NCBI GenBank assembly: GCA_976551045.1
Contig: CDPCPM010000043.1
Location: 6,386,001-6,450,000, forward strand
Reading direction: 5' to 3'
DNA: 64,000 nt
DNA from: Glaucostegus cemiculus
Taxonomy: Eukaryota
Notes under the pieces: generated by a model
Databases searched by the model: none
What the model was told of the DNA's origin: nothing
What the model saw: the letters and a program-made list of their open reading frames with translations, nothing else
Shown: positions 1-12,779 of the stretch, in pieces
How positions within the stretch are numbered: the stretch's first letter is position 1
Layout: the number at the start of each line of letters is the position of its first letter
Position numbers and translations under genes: made by a program

Positions 1-94
1 CAAAGTTTGATATCAGGCAGGTGTATCGTGAACCTGGGATGGTAAGGAGTTGTGGTAGAAGTTATAATAGTTCTTTGTATCTGATACCTTTCAG

Positions 95-203
95 TGTGGA
101 GCTGAGTGAGTGGGTCAGTGCCCAGGAGAGGAACCTCAATGCCTCAGCCTTGACCGAGCATTCCCTGTTGATAGATCTACCGGAGAGTGCCACTCCCAGC
201 AAG
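95..203 (+). CDS. GOLGB1: Giantin (golgin B1), penultimate coding exon
   Basis: Acceptor ctttcag|, donor AAG|gtaagt. Encodes VELSEWVSAQERNLNASALTEHSLLIDLPESATPSK, matching human giantin ...LEHSEWDSS...EQALLIDL... Confidence 0.88.
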
Positions 204-530
204 GTAAGTACCTGTACAAAGGAGGCACTTCGGCATTGATATACACATTGTCAAGAATAGTTCTCCTCATTCCAATACAGCATCTCACTCTGTTCCTTAA
301 CACACCTTCCCCTGAGTGACGCACCTGTCTCCGCTACCAGCCAACAACCTGCCAGTCTGCACCCCTCATCTCGTACAATGTAGCTACTTGATACCTGTAC
401 ACCAAAGATCCTCTCACTACTCATCATAATATTTCACTCTCTACAATGTTGGGCCATTCTAATCTACTGTGGGTGGGTATTTTCATGCCTTGTCACGTGC
501 TAATTCCTGTTCTGCATTTTCTGTCATCAG

Positions 531-662
531 GTGCGGAGGAGCTCCAATGTGAGGTCGCTTTGTTCTCTGTTCCATGCCCGACATCGGACCAAGTTGCTGT
601 TTTCCTTGTATTTCATTGTGCTACATGTACTGTTCCTCTTGTGTTTCACTGGGAACCTCTAA
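531..662 (+). CDS. GOLGB1: Giantin last coding exon with C-terminal tail-anchor transmembrane domain
   Basis: Acceptor ctgtcatcag|, in phase 0 with the previous exon. Encodes VRRSSNVRSLCSLFHARHRTKLLFSLYFIVLHVLFLLCFTGNL*, versus the human end ...RSLCHSRTRVPLLAAIYFLMIHVLLILCFTGHL. The TMD Tyr and His conserved in giantin/CASP/golgin-84 are present. Confidence 0.93.
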   Translation: MRRSSNVRSLCSLFHARHRTKLLFSLYFIVLHVLFLLCFTGNL

Positions 663-3249
663 ACTCCAGGAAGTCTGATGTTCTGCTCAGATAGGACTTG
701 CAGGCAGTCAGCTGATGGAATGCACTCATGGCACTTCACACCAGGAACACTAGCTTTAACTACGCTTGGAGATGTAGATTTCTTTTGTCTTCAATGGGAA
801 TTTTTACCTGTTTGCAAAACGTGTTATTTTACTCGAGTTTTTTCTTTCTGTTTTTTAACTGATGACATTGCTCATTTTTACAGTGCTGTAGGGGATCTGA
901 TCTTGGGGGTTTGCCCTGGATAGTAATGGGCATTGGTAGATATCATGGGCTTATAGAGCACAAATAGTGAATAGATGTCATGTTGTACATTCAGGAGGTG
1001 TGAGTAGTTTACACCTGGTTTCCCTCTGATATCCTCCTCCACATACCTGCCATGAGAGAGGGATGATTTGTTTACCATCGTTTCCAAGGGAGGAATATTT
1101 TCTCCAAAGAAACACAGTAGCTTTCCTTATTCTGCACTTGTTCATACTCTGGTTCGTTATTGCTGTAATGTAGATAAGTGGTCAACAGTCTGCAATTTCA
1201 GATATGCGTCAACAGATGGTAGTGTTGCACTACTATAAGCAGCACACTACAGAGCGCTGACCCTCAAAAGGGAATGCTGCAGAATCTAATATAACATGTA
1301 AAATGCTTTACAGTCATTAAGATCTCATTATTTTCAGGAAAGGAGAGAATGAAGCTGAGGGAAGAATAACCCAACATGGAATGCTTATCGGTTCAAGCAA
1401 GAGAGAGAAATTGCAATTCACAGTTAAATACATTGTTAGATTTTTGGAAAATTCCGACAAATCAGGGTAAAAGTCTTGTGGTGTCAGGCAGGACATTTCA
1501 CTTGGTTGTAAGTGGTCTTTGGGTGAACTGGACACGTGATTATATATTTTTACCAGTTTCAGTTATTTCCTATTGCCTTATGGGGTTGTCCCATCTGTTA
1601 TGTCTGTCAGCTGATTAACAAGTGCCTTACCACAATACACTTACATTTTGGACTTTTAAACTCCTTGTGATTTTGATATTTTGGTTCATTCTTATAATTG
1701 TTTTGCTGCTGAAGTAGTACAACTCCAAACCCTTTGCTTGAAAGTCTCAGTGGAGGGCAGGGAGTGATCTGCAGTATCAAGGAAGGGGCATTGTACTGTT
1801 GAGGGGGCATGAACTTGTGGTATTGGCTGTCTGTCTGTAACATAGTGGGGTGTGGACCGTTCAACATATGGAGCAGAGCAGTGGGAGAGCACTGGTCATT
1901 TGTTTATCCTGTGGAGAAGTTGGTTTACTGGTTTGCATGCAAGTAGGATGTCATTCTGGGTTGGAGGCATGACAGAGTGTGACAAAAATCCGTGATACCA
2001 GGAGTGTGACAGCAGAGTAATAAAGGGCTGTAGCATGCAGCGTTCAGCCAGTCAGTGGTGACCAGCACATGACAGGAGTTCATTGACAAGGAGAGATGGA
2101 AGCACTGATAATCTTTGCCAACAAGATGTAATTAATGGCAGTGCTGGCTTGGGTGCGATAAGGAAGATGATAAAGTATGGTAGGGGAAGTGAAGGCAGGA
2201 TGCATTAATAAAGGCCTTTTTATTTGCTTCTGGTGAGGATGAGGTGACATGTTGTGAATGCGGATTATTACTCAATCTCTTCTGTAGAGAAAAGAGGGGA
2301 GATGGGTTTAAATTACAAGACACGAGCGCCATTGGGTAAATGTACTTCTGATGAGAATGGAGACAACTTGCAGGAATGTCCCAAACTGACCCCTGACCCT
2401 TCACCACCACACATGCATCGCACTGGCTAAGCAGCTCACCAGTGATTGTCAGGGGTACAATTGGCCCCAGGTTCCAGGTAATAGGGTTTCCAGTCTGTCA
2501 CCATCCACCCCAAACATTGTCCCCAGTCTAGAGTCCAGAGTCTTCCAAACTAAGAGCAAAACCCAGCTCTCTGCTGTCCCAAAAGGTGCCTTCATCCTGA
2601 GAGTAATTACATTTCCCATGCCCAAAACAAGAAGGGCCCTCATCCCAAGAGATTCCCCCCCTCCCTCAACATCCCCACAACCTCAATCACAGGCACAATC
2701 CAGATGATGTGAGAATACCCAGGTTTTGGTCACTTGAGCAGCAGCGCAATGTTGCAGAATACAGGTCAGATTATGGGTTGTCCTGTGTATGTATTTGTGC
2801 AGTTGGAGGTTTCCTGCATAATAGTTCGTGAAATCACAAGGAGTTTAAAATATTTTTATACATAAAATATATTTAAATATTCCATTTTACTGGGGAGATT
2901 TCTATTTCTTGTGTATAGTAAATGAGAGGTCTGTACTTAAGGTGCTCCTGTTTAATTTAAATTGTCTATTTATAATATTGCAACTCAGATGAGTGGTGTA
3001 TTCCCTTTTTGTTGGGAACTGTAGATAAGATGGTTGCCAATGGTATTCTGCAGTAAATGAAATGGCTGCTGATATTCAAACTCCTTTCACACTGTTTGCT
3101 GCGGTTTTTCGACATTGGGCTTAAATATTGAGGGAGGGGTCAATGAGGAGTCAGCAGCACTGCTACAGATCATTGAAGTTGTGTCAATAGTTGGCGGGGA
3201 GGGTAAGCTGGAGATACACCAATGACCAAAGTATTCATGTATGGCTTTG

Positions 3250-3255
3250 AATAAA
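3250..3255 (+). terminator. Candidate GOLGB1 polyadenylation signal (about 2.6-kb 3' UTR)
   Basis: AATAAA followed by a GU-rich tract (tgtctcagttgttg), at the end of a largely TE-free stretch that starts at the stop codon. Other AATAAA hexamers occur near 2019 and 2206. Confidence 0.45.
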
Positions 3256-3319
3256 GTATTTTTGAAAACAAACTGATGTCTCAGTTGTTGCACTCATTGC
3301 TCATTTAGTTACGGAAGGA

Positions 3320-4350
3320 CAGAAGAAACAGAAGCAGAAGTGGGCCATCTGACCCTCTGAGTCTGTTCTGCCATTCATTTAAGATCATGACTGACATTCT
3401 ACCGCAACACTGTTTGCTTGCACTATCCCCATGCCACTTGTTTTCCTTAAAATCCAGAATCTATTGAATAAACTCAACATCTGAACCTCTGGGGGACACA
3501 ATTCAAAAGATTCATTGCAGTTTGAGTGAAGAAATTTCTCCTCATCGCTGAACAGCCTAGCCCTTACTTCAAGACTGTGACCACCCCCCAGTTCAAGCTT
3601 TCTCAGCCAGGGGAAATGTACTCCCTTCATCCAGCCTGTTAAGCTTTAAACATTTTGTAGGCTTCAATTAAATCTTTCATTCTAAACTGGAGAGATTACA
3701 GGTCTAGCTTATTCTGGAAACAGTCTAATGATTTTTTTTCTGCACTCCCTATAATGTGTATCTTTTCTTGGGTAAGGAGATCAAAACTACACGAGATGCC
3801 AGGTGCAGTCTCGCCAACATCATATATGACTACAGTAAAATTTCCTTACTCCTGTATTTAAATCTTCCCTAATATGTCATCTGCTTTCTTCATTGCTGTC
3901 TGCACCTGCATGTTTGCTTTTAGTGAGTTAGTTGTGTACCAGCGCACCAAGATCCATTTGAACGTCAACATCCTCAGTCTTTCACCATTTTAAAAACTCA
4001 CCTGCTTTGTGCACCAAGTTGGATGACCTCACATTTTTCCCATTATATTCCAGCTCTTGTTGCTCACTTGCTGAGTTTACCTATATCCCCTTGAAGCCTC
4101 TTCACATCCTCCTTGCAATCTCTACTTAAGCTGATCAGGAAAGTGGGAAATATGGCAATTGATCCCACTGGACAAATCATTGAAATAGTTTGTGACTAAC
4201 TGGGTGCTAGACACCGATCCCTGTGATAGCCAGTTGGTCACTGACTACCAACTTGAACATCTGTTATTCCCACTCTTCCTGTCAGATAATCAAATCTTGT
4301 TCCATGTCTGTATATTAACCCTAACTCCTTGTGCACTAGTCTTGTTGACC
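3320..4350 (-). mobile_element. Degenerate CR1-clade LINE 3' fragment
   Basis: Reverse-strand CR1 3' UTR (gaagtgggccatctgaccctctgagtctgttctgccattc) followed by decayed RT C-terminal sequence. Confidence 0.65.
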
Positions 4351-5199
4351 TTATGCAGCATAAATCAACAGGTGGCTTGGGCCTCCTCCAATCCAGATGC
4401 ACCTCCTTTGCAATCTTTCCGGAAAGCAAAAGCTGACAAAGAAAGTTTAAAAAGTCTTGCAAGAGACATCAAAACAGGTTTACAATTACATTGGGCAAAT
4501 GAGTGCAGGCTGAATTGAGCTTATGTAAATGAGATTAGTTGCATCAATAGGAAAACAACACACAAACTCAAGGAAACAATTACTGAATCATGGACAAGGA
4601 CTTACCAAATTAATGAAAGAGTAATAGTGATGAAGAAAGTAATGGCACTAAAGAGCAGCACAACTTCCCGGGATATTAAAGGATGTAAGTAAAAAAATTG
4701 ATGACTTAATTTTAATACTTCATTTGGGTATAGTTCTTTTAGATTGTGTAAAAAAAAAATTACATGGCACCCTGCAATTTCTGAAAGGTAAGAGATTGAA
4801 AGTAGGCGTTTATAGGAATTTGTTGTGAAACATCAACTGTCTATAAGTAAGAGTAGAGTGAAAGCATTGGAAATTTCCAGTGGATCAATAAAATTTATTA
4901 CACCACTGGCACAAGTAACAGGCTTGTCCCCCCACTTGTTAACATGGTGCAACTGTGAGAATCTGGGTAATGATCAGGAGGAAGCCCATCATCCAGAGTT
5001 TGAACCAATCAGGAGGAATCCCATTATCTGTAAGCTTGGGTACCAATCAGGATCAGGAAGCTCTTCTCTCAGACTGTGTAGCAATTAGGATCCTATCGTC
5101 TGTAACCTTTGGTATCAATAAGGAACAAGAACTCAAACTGCTTTCAGCTCATGAACATAGGGCAACTGACATCATCTAAATTAGTTGGTCTAAAAATGG

Positions 5200-5472
5200 C
5201 TAAACATGAGGGGACATAATTTTAAGGTGATTGGAGGAAGATACATGGGGGATGTCAGGGGTAAGGTTTTTTTTACACAGAGTGGTGGGTGCCTGGAATG
5301 CACTGCCAGTAGACGTTGTGGGGGGGGACATTTAAGAGACCCTTAGACACATAAATGATAGAAAAATAGAAAAATGTGGGAGGGGTTAGATAGATCTTGG
5401 AGCAGGATAAAATGTCGGCACAACATTGCGGGCCAAAGGGCCTGTACTGTGCTGTAGTGTTCTTTGTTCTAA
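5200..5472 (+). mobile_element. CR1/HER1-type LINE 3' end
   Basis: acatgaggggacataattttaaggtgattggagg...ggtgggtgcctggaatgcactgcca...gggccaaagggcctgtactgtgctgtagtgttct, typical of the CR1 ORF2 end and 3' UTR. Confidence 0.75.
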
Positions 5473-5829
5473 GTCGGACATCAAGGCATCAGTCTGAAAC
5501 CTTAACAATTTTTGTCTTCACAGATGCTGTCTGATTTGTTGAGTATCTCCAGCATCTTCTGTTTTTATCTCAAATTTCAAGAATCTGCAATTTTTTGATT
5601 TCTGCTGGTTTCTCAGGTGCAGCCCAGTTATTCACTGTAATTATCAATGATTTAGACACTGGCATGAAAGCCACCTCTCCACTTACTGATTATTTCCAAC
5701 ATTTTCCTTCATTTCAGATTTCCAGCAAGTATTGTGATCCGTGTGTCAAAGTTCCAGCGTTCCCACCCCTGCCCAATCTCTACTACTCTCTTTTATCTCC
5801 TATATTTACACTCCAGACAGATCAGGTGT

Positions 5830-6110
5830 GATTAGCAAGCATTCTACTCCCATTCTTAGATGGCATCCAAAGCAATCACATCAGCTGGACAATCTTGGTA
5901 TCCACCCTGTCACAAACATTCCTTCTGTCCTCTCCACTCGTCCCCATCTCTGCAACTTAAAACATGCTTATTTTCTCACACTTCAAGTTTTGATGAAGGG
6001 TCATTGGCCTGAAGTATTAAACTCTGGCTCTCCATCCACAGATGCTGACTGACCTGCTGAGTATAGTATTTTCTGTCTTTCGTGCAGAATTCCAGCATTT
6101 GCATTTTTTT
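5830..6110 (+). mobile_element. Penelope-like element terminal remnant
   Basis: ttgatgaagggtcattggcctgaag...tccacagatgctgactgacctgctgag...ttccagcatttgca. The same motif recurs about ten times in the window and terminates the GIY-YIG copy at 57420-58050. Confidence 0.55.
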
Positions 6111-6159
6111 TCTTTTCAAGCCATGTTTCCATGTTTTCCAATCACAAAGATAGATGACA

Positions 6160-6820
6160 TTGTAAACACTGTATGTGGAAGCATTACTATGAGATATTAA
6201 TGAAGAAGGCACATGTGCAAAATTGTGGCAAATGAATTTCGTTGCCAGCAAGTGTATCTTTTTTGGATTGATAAAGGATAAAATAGTTGTTTCTGAATGG
6301 TGCCAAAACTAGAAGCAGTGGAGACTCAAAGCAGACTTAAGGTCCATAAAGATGTTATTTAAATACTATCGGCAGGAATAAAAAAAGTACAGAGGCTACT
6401 CGAATTCAGGCCTCAATATCAGGAGAAGTGGAACACAAAGGTGAAGGAGTAATGCTACAAATAGAAATGGATTCCCTGGAATTCAGAAAGCTAAGGTGAA
6501 TTTGGATGCAGGATTTTCTGGGCGATTAAGGAGAAGTTAAGTGGGGCAAAATTATTTCTATTGGCTGGAGGCCTCTAGAACAGTTGTATAGTATAAAATG
6601 TAAGCATTGGTCTTTCAGAAGTAAAGTTAGAAAATACTTGGGAGTTTGTAACTCATTCACAAAATTAATGCTCATATAGTTGTTCACAGACTGATATTTT
6701 TATTAACCAAAGTAATGTGAAGAAAAGTCAGTATATTGACTAAGGTCATAGATGAACTATGATCTCATGGAATAGAATAGACAAGGGCTAAAAGACTTGT
6801 TCATTCCTTTATGTTTCTAA
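6160..6820 (+). mobile_element. Highly degenerate CR1 LINE 3' fragment
   Basis: tggcaaatgaatttcgttgccagcaagtgt (WQMNF...KC motif) and a downstream CR1 3' UTR-like sequence. Confidence 0.55.
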
Positions 6821-7039
6821 TGTAAAATTCTTTTTCGTATTGTGATGGTTGTATTTGCACTTGCCCCCCCATTCCCATTCCTCTCCCCCTCTGACCCTGA
6901 CCTCCCACTACCACTCAGAATGTGGTCTGCTAGCCCCAACCCTTCTGCCCTGTTCAGCTTTATCTCCTTCATTGCAAAGCTCAATGCCCTGGCCCCTTCC
7001 AGCCAAATATGTAATGATGGATCCCCATCGATAGTGCAT

Positions 7040-7560
7040 TGAAGGAACAGCACAGAAATACTCTGTTGGGCCCAACAAGTCCATGCTGGTGTTATTGTCC
7101 ACATTAATCTCTTCACACCCAATTTCTCACCTTATCAATAGAGCCGTAGAGTTCTACAGGAAATGGGACCTTTGGTCCAACTGGTCCACGCCAACAAAGA
7201 TGCCCCAACCAAGCTCGCCCCATTTGCCAGTATTTGGCCATATCCCTCTAAACATTTCTCGTCCATGTACCTGTCCCTACTTTTAAAAATTGCGCCTGTC
7301 TCAACCACTTCCTCTGGCAACTCATTCCACATACGAACCACCTTTGTGTAAAAAAAGTTGCCTCTCAAGTTCCTATTAAATGTCTCCCCTCTCACCTTAA
7401 ACCTATGTCCTCTGGTTCGTGATTCTCCAAACCTGGGAAAAAGACTGAGTGCATTAACCCTATCTATGCCCCTCATAATTTTATACTCCTCTGTAAGATC
7501 ATCGCCCAGTCTCCTATGCTCCAAGGAATAAAGTCCTATCCCGTCCAATCTCTCCCTATA
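7040..7560 (-). mobile_element. CR1/HER1 LINE ORF2 C-terminus and 3' UTR
   Basis: ORF 7135-7659(-) contains YRERLDGIGLYSLEHRRLGDDLTEEYKIMRGIDRV...RTRGHRFKVRG...FFYTKVVRMWNELP, the canonical CR1 ORF2 end. Confidence 0.9.
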
Positions 7561-7959
7561 ACTTCCTGGTGGAGGTATGCCGCCTATCTCTGCTTTCCCA
7601 TGGAGGCTTTTGTTCTGTGTATTTGAATAAGGTGAGGTTATTGATTTGTAATGACTCAATAACTTCCATTTATACAGACATTGGAAAGGGTTTCAACTTA
7701 TCATGAGAATGCTCCCACAGTGCTTTTGGGTTGCGGCTTCCAGGATTTAATGTAGCAGTAATGAATGAGTGACAGTCTGTTCCCAAATGATACTGGTTAC
7801 AACATGGAGCAGGAACTGTAGGCGCTGATGTTTCAATTTACCTGCTGCCCTAGTCCTTGATGGCACAATCACAGTATTGATGTTCATTACATGCCATCTA
7901 TCACTTGGAGATGATGGAGCGAAATCACACACAGGCATCTTTCACTCCTAAATATAAAA

Positions 7960-8350
7960 GTCATATCTTGGAACAGCCATGGATCTGAATGCCTGGTGCT
8001 CCACTATCAAAGCCCAGGAAGTCAGACACCTCGAGTGAGACGTGACAGGTAAGAGGTGGCCTATTGTAAGAACACCTGGGAAGGAATGTGAATGTGGAAC
8101 ACCATCTTCATGGGATGAGCTTTGCAGTCAGGAATGAGCTAGTCTGGCACCTCAGTAAGTTTCCTGTTCAATATGTGGATCCCTTGTGTTCCTTTTGGTC
8201 TCTCTCACACAAACAGTACATTACAATCATCAGTGCATTTATCCCAATCCCAGAAACTACAGATGACTTCTATTCTGACCTTGGACAACCTATGGCCCAC
8301 AATCAAGATACAGACAAATTGATTCTCCTGAGCAAATTCACTGTTGTATA
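7960..8350 (+). mobile_element. RTE-clade LINE fragment (APE endonuclease)
   Basis: HGMSFAVRNELV...QYITIISAFIP...DDFYSDL...DKLILLSKF resembles the RTE endonuclease pattern HGVGFAI...ATIISAYAPT...FYSDL...DKLILLGDFN. Confidence 0.75.
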
Positions 8351-8859
8351 CAGAAGTTGGTCTTACAATAACCAGTGCCCTGTTTCATCAAATAAAGAAG
8401 CATAAGACCTCTTGGCAACACCTCTGATCCAGGCACTGGCACCTGTTAGATTATATCATCACTCAGCTGAGACACCATTAAAGATACTTGCATCTCCCAA
8501 GAGTTTCAAAGAATGAAATGAATTAAATTCTTCAGGGGCTTGAAAGGGCAAATAGAGAGTTATGTTTCCTTTGGCTGGGGAGATTAGTCAGCCATCTCTT
8601 AAAATATTCTCAAAATTAATGATGGACATAAGGAGAAATTTATTCAGCAGGTAGTAATGCACTTCTTAAGAAGCTGGGGACACAGTCACTGATAGAGATT
8701 CAAAGATTTTTAAATATTCCAGGAATCAATGAATATGGGGTTAATGCAGGAATGTGAAGCTGAGGTAAAAGGTGAGCCATAATCTGACTGACTGTCCTTC
8801 TCCTGCTCCTAACCTTCATCTGAGCAGCTCACGCAAGAATGTTACTGGGTATTGCTGGA

Positions 8860-9055
8860 CTGCTTCATTTGCTGAGCAGTTGTGAATGGGATTGAATATT
8901 GTACCAATCACCAGCAAACTTCCCCACTTTTGACCTTACCATGGAAGGAAGATCATTGATGTAGCTGAAGATTGCTGGGCCCAGGACACAGTCCGAAGCA
9001 GCTCCTGCAGTGATGCCAGTGACTGCGCTGATTGATTGATCGCCAACAACCACTG
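8860..9055 (-). mobile_element. LINE reverse-transcriptase fragment (CR1/L2-like)
   Basis: CVLGPAIFSYINDLPSMVRSKVGKFAGD, a decayed GSVLGP..F..INDLP...FADD. The same family recurs near 23270-23460 and 52130-52330. Confidence 0.7.
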
Positions 9056-9559
9056 AAGATGGTGCAGAGGAGGAAGTTGCCAGAAGTTGCTCTCCTCATA
9101 GCTGTTTCTGGACGGGATGGCTTGATTCCCTGGAGAACACGATGCCAGGAGGGCCCCTGGTAAAGTTATATGAAATTATGAGAGGCCAGCAGAGTTATAC
9201 CATGTATGCATAAAACATTAGGGCGGAAGAGCAGGACAGAGTGTGTAAGTACGGACATTAGACAAGCACATAGCAAAGGCAGGGAGATTTTAATGGTGGG
9301 TTTTAACTTTTATACAGCTTGTGATAAACTTGCCTGAAAGGCAGTAACTTTCCGGAGCGTAGTATGGACAGGCTGCTAAAACCACCAAAGTAACAGGATA
9401 TCAGGCTTGAGTGAGCCAGATTTAGTTAACAGTCTAACAGTGTGTGAACGTTTATCTCAAAGTACTCAGAATATTAAAGAAGTGTTTGATAAGGAGAAAT
9501 GCTAAAAGCTGCCATGATTTTAGCTTCGGGGAGTGCAGCCACTGTGTATGGTAACGTGG

Positions 9560-10320
9560 GTGAAACTGGCAGAGCCACGGAAGCAGGGTCTGACAGTTCG
9601 AGCTGAGCCTCTCAGGAGCAGGGTTGCGAAGCACTGGCGGAGAGATCTTCTGCTTGTGTTGCATCCTGCACTTCAAGCTGACCTGTTGTACTTCGGGAAC
9701 CTGGGCCACGTTCCGCTGCCCCTCGGGATACTGTCCTGTCCCGGATTCGGATCCCGTCTGGGATCCCGTCCCGTCTCCTGATTCTCATTCGGGTTGAATC
9801 AGTAGAATTATCAGCCGCAATTTAAAAAAAAGTGTGATCCAGAGCGCGCCTGACGTGTACGGGTGGCAATAAACTTGACTGAGCTGTTGCCTGCAGGAGG
9901 TTCTCGCCTCTTCCTGCTTGAACTCAAATCGCGACATTGAGCCCGGCCTCGGCTAGAACAGGTAGTGAGCTGTCCCGGGACCTGCAGCCTGCCCGGACCC
10001 CGTGTCACCGGTAAGTTAAGTTTCCCAAAGTTCTCCAAACGGTCCCTGTCGTTCCAACCTCTCTGAAAGGAATCCTCCGCCGCCCCGGGTCCCGCAGTTA
10101 ATGATTCACGGCAGAGGAACATCGGTCACCACTGGGCAACGCTCACAAACTCTGCCTTCCATTTCCTCAGTCGGCGACCCGCAGACCTTACTCTCCGCAT
10201 CGCCTCTGCTCGCCCCAGGAGCGGCGAAGAATCCTTCGCCAGATTTGTGATTGTCCCGGTCGTATTTCTGTCCAATAACAGAAATCAGCTCCGGGGACGG
10301 GAGGAGTGGCGGGGGTGGTG
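9560..10320. promoter_or_regulatory. CpG-rich island, probable HCLS1 promoter
   Basis: Dense CpG in an otherwise CpG-depleted window, with a CRE half-site TGACGT (9851) and an ETS core CTTCCTG (9910), about 5 kb upstream of the HCLS1 ATG. Confidence 0.65.
9900..10010 (+). other. HCLS1: Probable non-coding first exon of HCLS1 (5' end approximate)
   Basis: Consensus donor CCG|gtaagt at 10011 inside the CpG island. The first coding exon starts only 2 nt before the ATG, so an upstream exon is required. Confidence 0.5.
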
Positions 10321-10324
10321 TGTG

Positions 10325-10950
10325 TGAGGAATAGGTCGGAATCTAATCGAGAGGTTCCAGGAAGTAGGAGAGAGATTGGTAGTTGGGGGGGTTCATGTAC
10401 AGAATAATCTGGCTATTACTGAAGAAGTTGGAGAGGGGCTGTGCTGTTTGTAGAATAACCTACCCTGGAGTGAGTAACCTACCCTGGAGTGGACTGTGGT
10501 CCAGGTGTTTTGGGGTGGGGTGGCTGATCTGTGTACAGCACAACAGATATCTGGGATCTGTTCAAGGGGGTTTGACTTTGTAGTCCAGACCTACCAAAAT
10601 GGTTGACTCTTAACTGCCCGTTGGGGTGTCCAGTCGGTTCAAGGGATAGTTTAGAGTCGGCAATAACTGCCAGCCCCACCAGCAACTTTGACATCCATTG
10701 AAAAAAACCCAAAGATACTAGATAGCGAGTCAAAGACTGGAATCTAATCGAGCAGTTCAGGACGTTCATCTGTAGAACAGCAAATAATTGGGAGAGAATT
10801 GCAGGCCAAAGGGGGTCGGGGGTTTGTGTATAAATTAGTAGACACCTAGCAGTGAATTGCTGTCTGTGATCTCTCTGATGAATTTGGAAATTTATAAACA
10901 ACAGGAAGCTAATCAAGGGCTACATGAGGTTTATACGTAGAATAACATAG
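10325..10950 (+). repeat. Degenerate ~68-bp tandem repeat (ggaatctaatcgagg...tagaataacagatacc...gagtgagt)
   Basis: Recurring ggaatctaatc and agaataac motifs. A second cluster lies at 12780-13170. Confidence 0.6.
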
Positions 10951-10954
10951 ATGG

Positions 10955-11760
10955 CTAAACACAAGATGCAAAGTCTGAAATTAAGAGAGAGAATGCTAGA
11001 ACTAATGAATCAGAGGGGAGAGAAGAAGAAGAAATATTTCAAGTTCTGCCCATTGCATTAAGTGGAAATAGCCGGAGATTTAATAGGCTTTAAGCAAGTG
11101 CTGAGGCAAGGTTCAGCCTGTGTTTGGGTGAAGTACATTAATGGTCAGATTAATGGAGATGAGAATGCAGGCAAAAGGTGTAGATAATCAGCCATTGGAG
11201 GGAGTGTGAGTGGTCCTTGCACGATGCTACAACAGCTGCTACCTGGAAGACTGGGAGCAGTCATTATATGAAGTTGCTGAAGCCAATATTAAGTCCACAA
11301 GACTAAATTTGGCCAGATTGGGAGATGGCACTGTTCCTCCAGTTTATGTTGAGCTTCAATAGAACAATGTTAGAAGCAGAGGACAGTGAGGTCAGAGACT
11401 GGGAATACACTGGAGGATTAAAGTGCCAGACAGCCAGAAGCACTGGGTGGAGGCAACTGCTAACCTGCAGCTGGTTTTCCCATTCTGGAGAAGAACAGGT
11501 CGTGATCTGTAAACATATTGTATTTAAATTGAAAGAGATACTGTATGTGGACCAGTTTCAACAAGGAGAGTTTGGGGCCACAGGTGATGAAAGGAAGGAA
11601 GTGAAGGACAGAGGTGTCTCCTGCCCTTCTTTGGAATGGAGCTGTGACAAAGTTGTAGGTGGTGACTGAGCAATGGACCAACAGGTCATGGAGGGAACTA
11701 TAGGAGACCAAACAACTGTGTTTTTCAGGAATGATCCCAGATAGCATTGTGCACTAGGGC
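10955..11760 (-). mobile_element. Degenerate Penelope-like element fragment
   Basis: Reverse-complement similarity to the GIY-YIG-containing copy at 57420-58050, for example gagatggcactgttcctccagttt. Confidence 0.5.
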
Positions 11761-12069
11761 AGACAGTATCCCAAAGTGTTGCACCTGTGATCAGATCTAT
11801 GGATATCTGTTATTGGCATGAAAGCCGTGAGTCTTTGCCCGTGAGCCAGTTCCTGTGGAGCCCAGACACTGTGCTGCCCACGGCAGAGCAACACGACTGC
11901 CCCCAATCGGTGCAGGTGCTGAGCTGGAATCAGACGCTGGAGCAGCTTTTCTCCATCCTGACACGTGTTTGACTTTCATCAGTTTGCTGGTTAGAATCCG
12001 GAGTGAGGAGGGAACTGGCATGGAAATGGGGAGTGGACTCGGGACAAAAGCGTGCCGAGGATAGGAGAT

Positions 12070-12330
12070 TGGAATGGGGTGGCCCAAGTGTTTGAAGGGT
12101 GAGGGAGGGGGAATTGGTGGGTGAGGCTGAGGGGATGGGTGGGAGAGGGTAGGGGGAGGGTGAGAGGTGGCGGGGACTGGTGGGTGAGGGAGGAGGTTTG
12201 GTGGGAGAGGGTGGGACTTGGTGGATGAGGGTTAAGGGATTGGTGGATGAGGGTGGTGATTGGTGAGTGAGGTAAGGGGACTGAAGGGTGGGAATAGAAT
12301 TGAAGAGGGTGGGGTGAGATCAAAGAGGTG
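12070..12330. repeat. G-rich low-complexity tract (ggtgg/gaggg)
   Basis: Runs of ggtgggtgagg-type units. Confidence 0.7.
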
Positions 12331-12779
12331 AGAGTGGGGAATCAAAAAGGAGATGGATTGAGCTGTCAGAGCCAAATGGGTGAGGGTGAGACCGGCAGGG
12401 AAAGAGGACACAAGACTGGAGGTATCAAGGACAAGAGATCAAAGGGCAGCAAACACAGTCATCCCAGCTTTGGATATTTGTACATTGAGGTCCTTCACCA
12501 GGGGCATAAGCACAAAAATATAAGAGCCCAACACTCCAGCATAACATTGTACTGCCAGAGGTGTCCCCCTTCAGGTGAAACATTAAGCTGTCAGCTCCCT
12601 CAGGAAACTGCATCAATGAAGTCACCAGCATACTGGAAGAGAATGATAGAGGTTGCAAGCTGGACTGGAACAAAGAATATTCCATGTTGCTCAAAATGTA
12701 GGTGACTCTAGAGCCAGCAGTAGTTTCCAGAGCAATGCCTTTTATAGGAGGAAGTGAGTGAAGTCAAAGGAGAAGTTAC

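Noticed and set aside
858-902. TGATGA...CTGA as a box C/D snoRNA
   Set aside because: Only about 40 nt between the boxes, no convincing terminal stem, and it lies in a 3' UTR rather than an intron.
5985-6020. Functional hammerhead ribozymes here and near 16890, 17115, 29725, 46140 and 50955
   Set aside because: Every copy has lost CTGANGA, GAAA or both; they are recorded only as decayed Penelope termini.
7135-7659. 174-aa ORF as a host gene
   Set aside because: It is a 5'-truncated CR1 ORF2 C-terminus with no intact RT.
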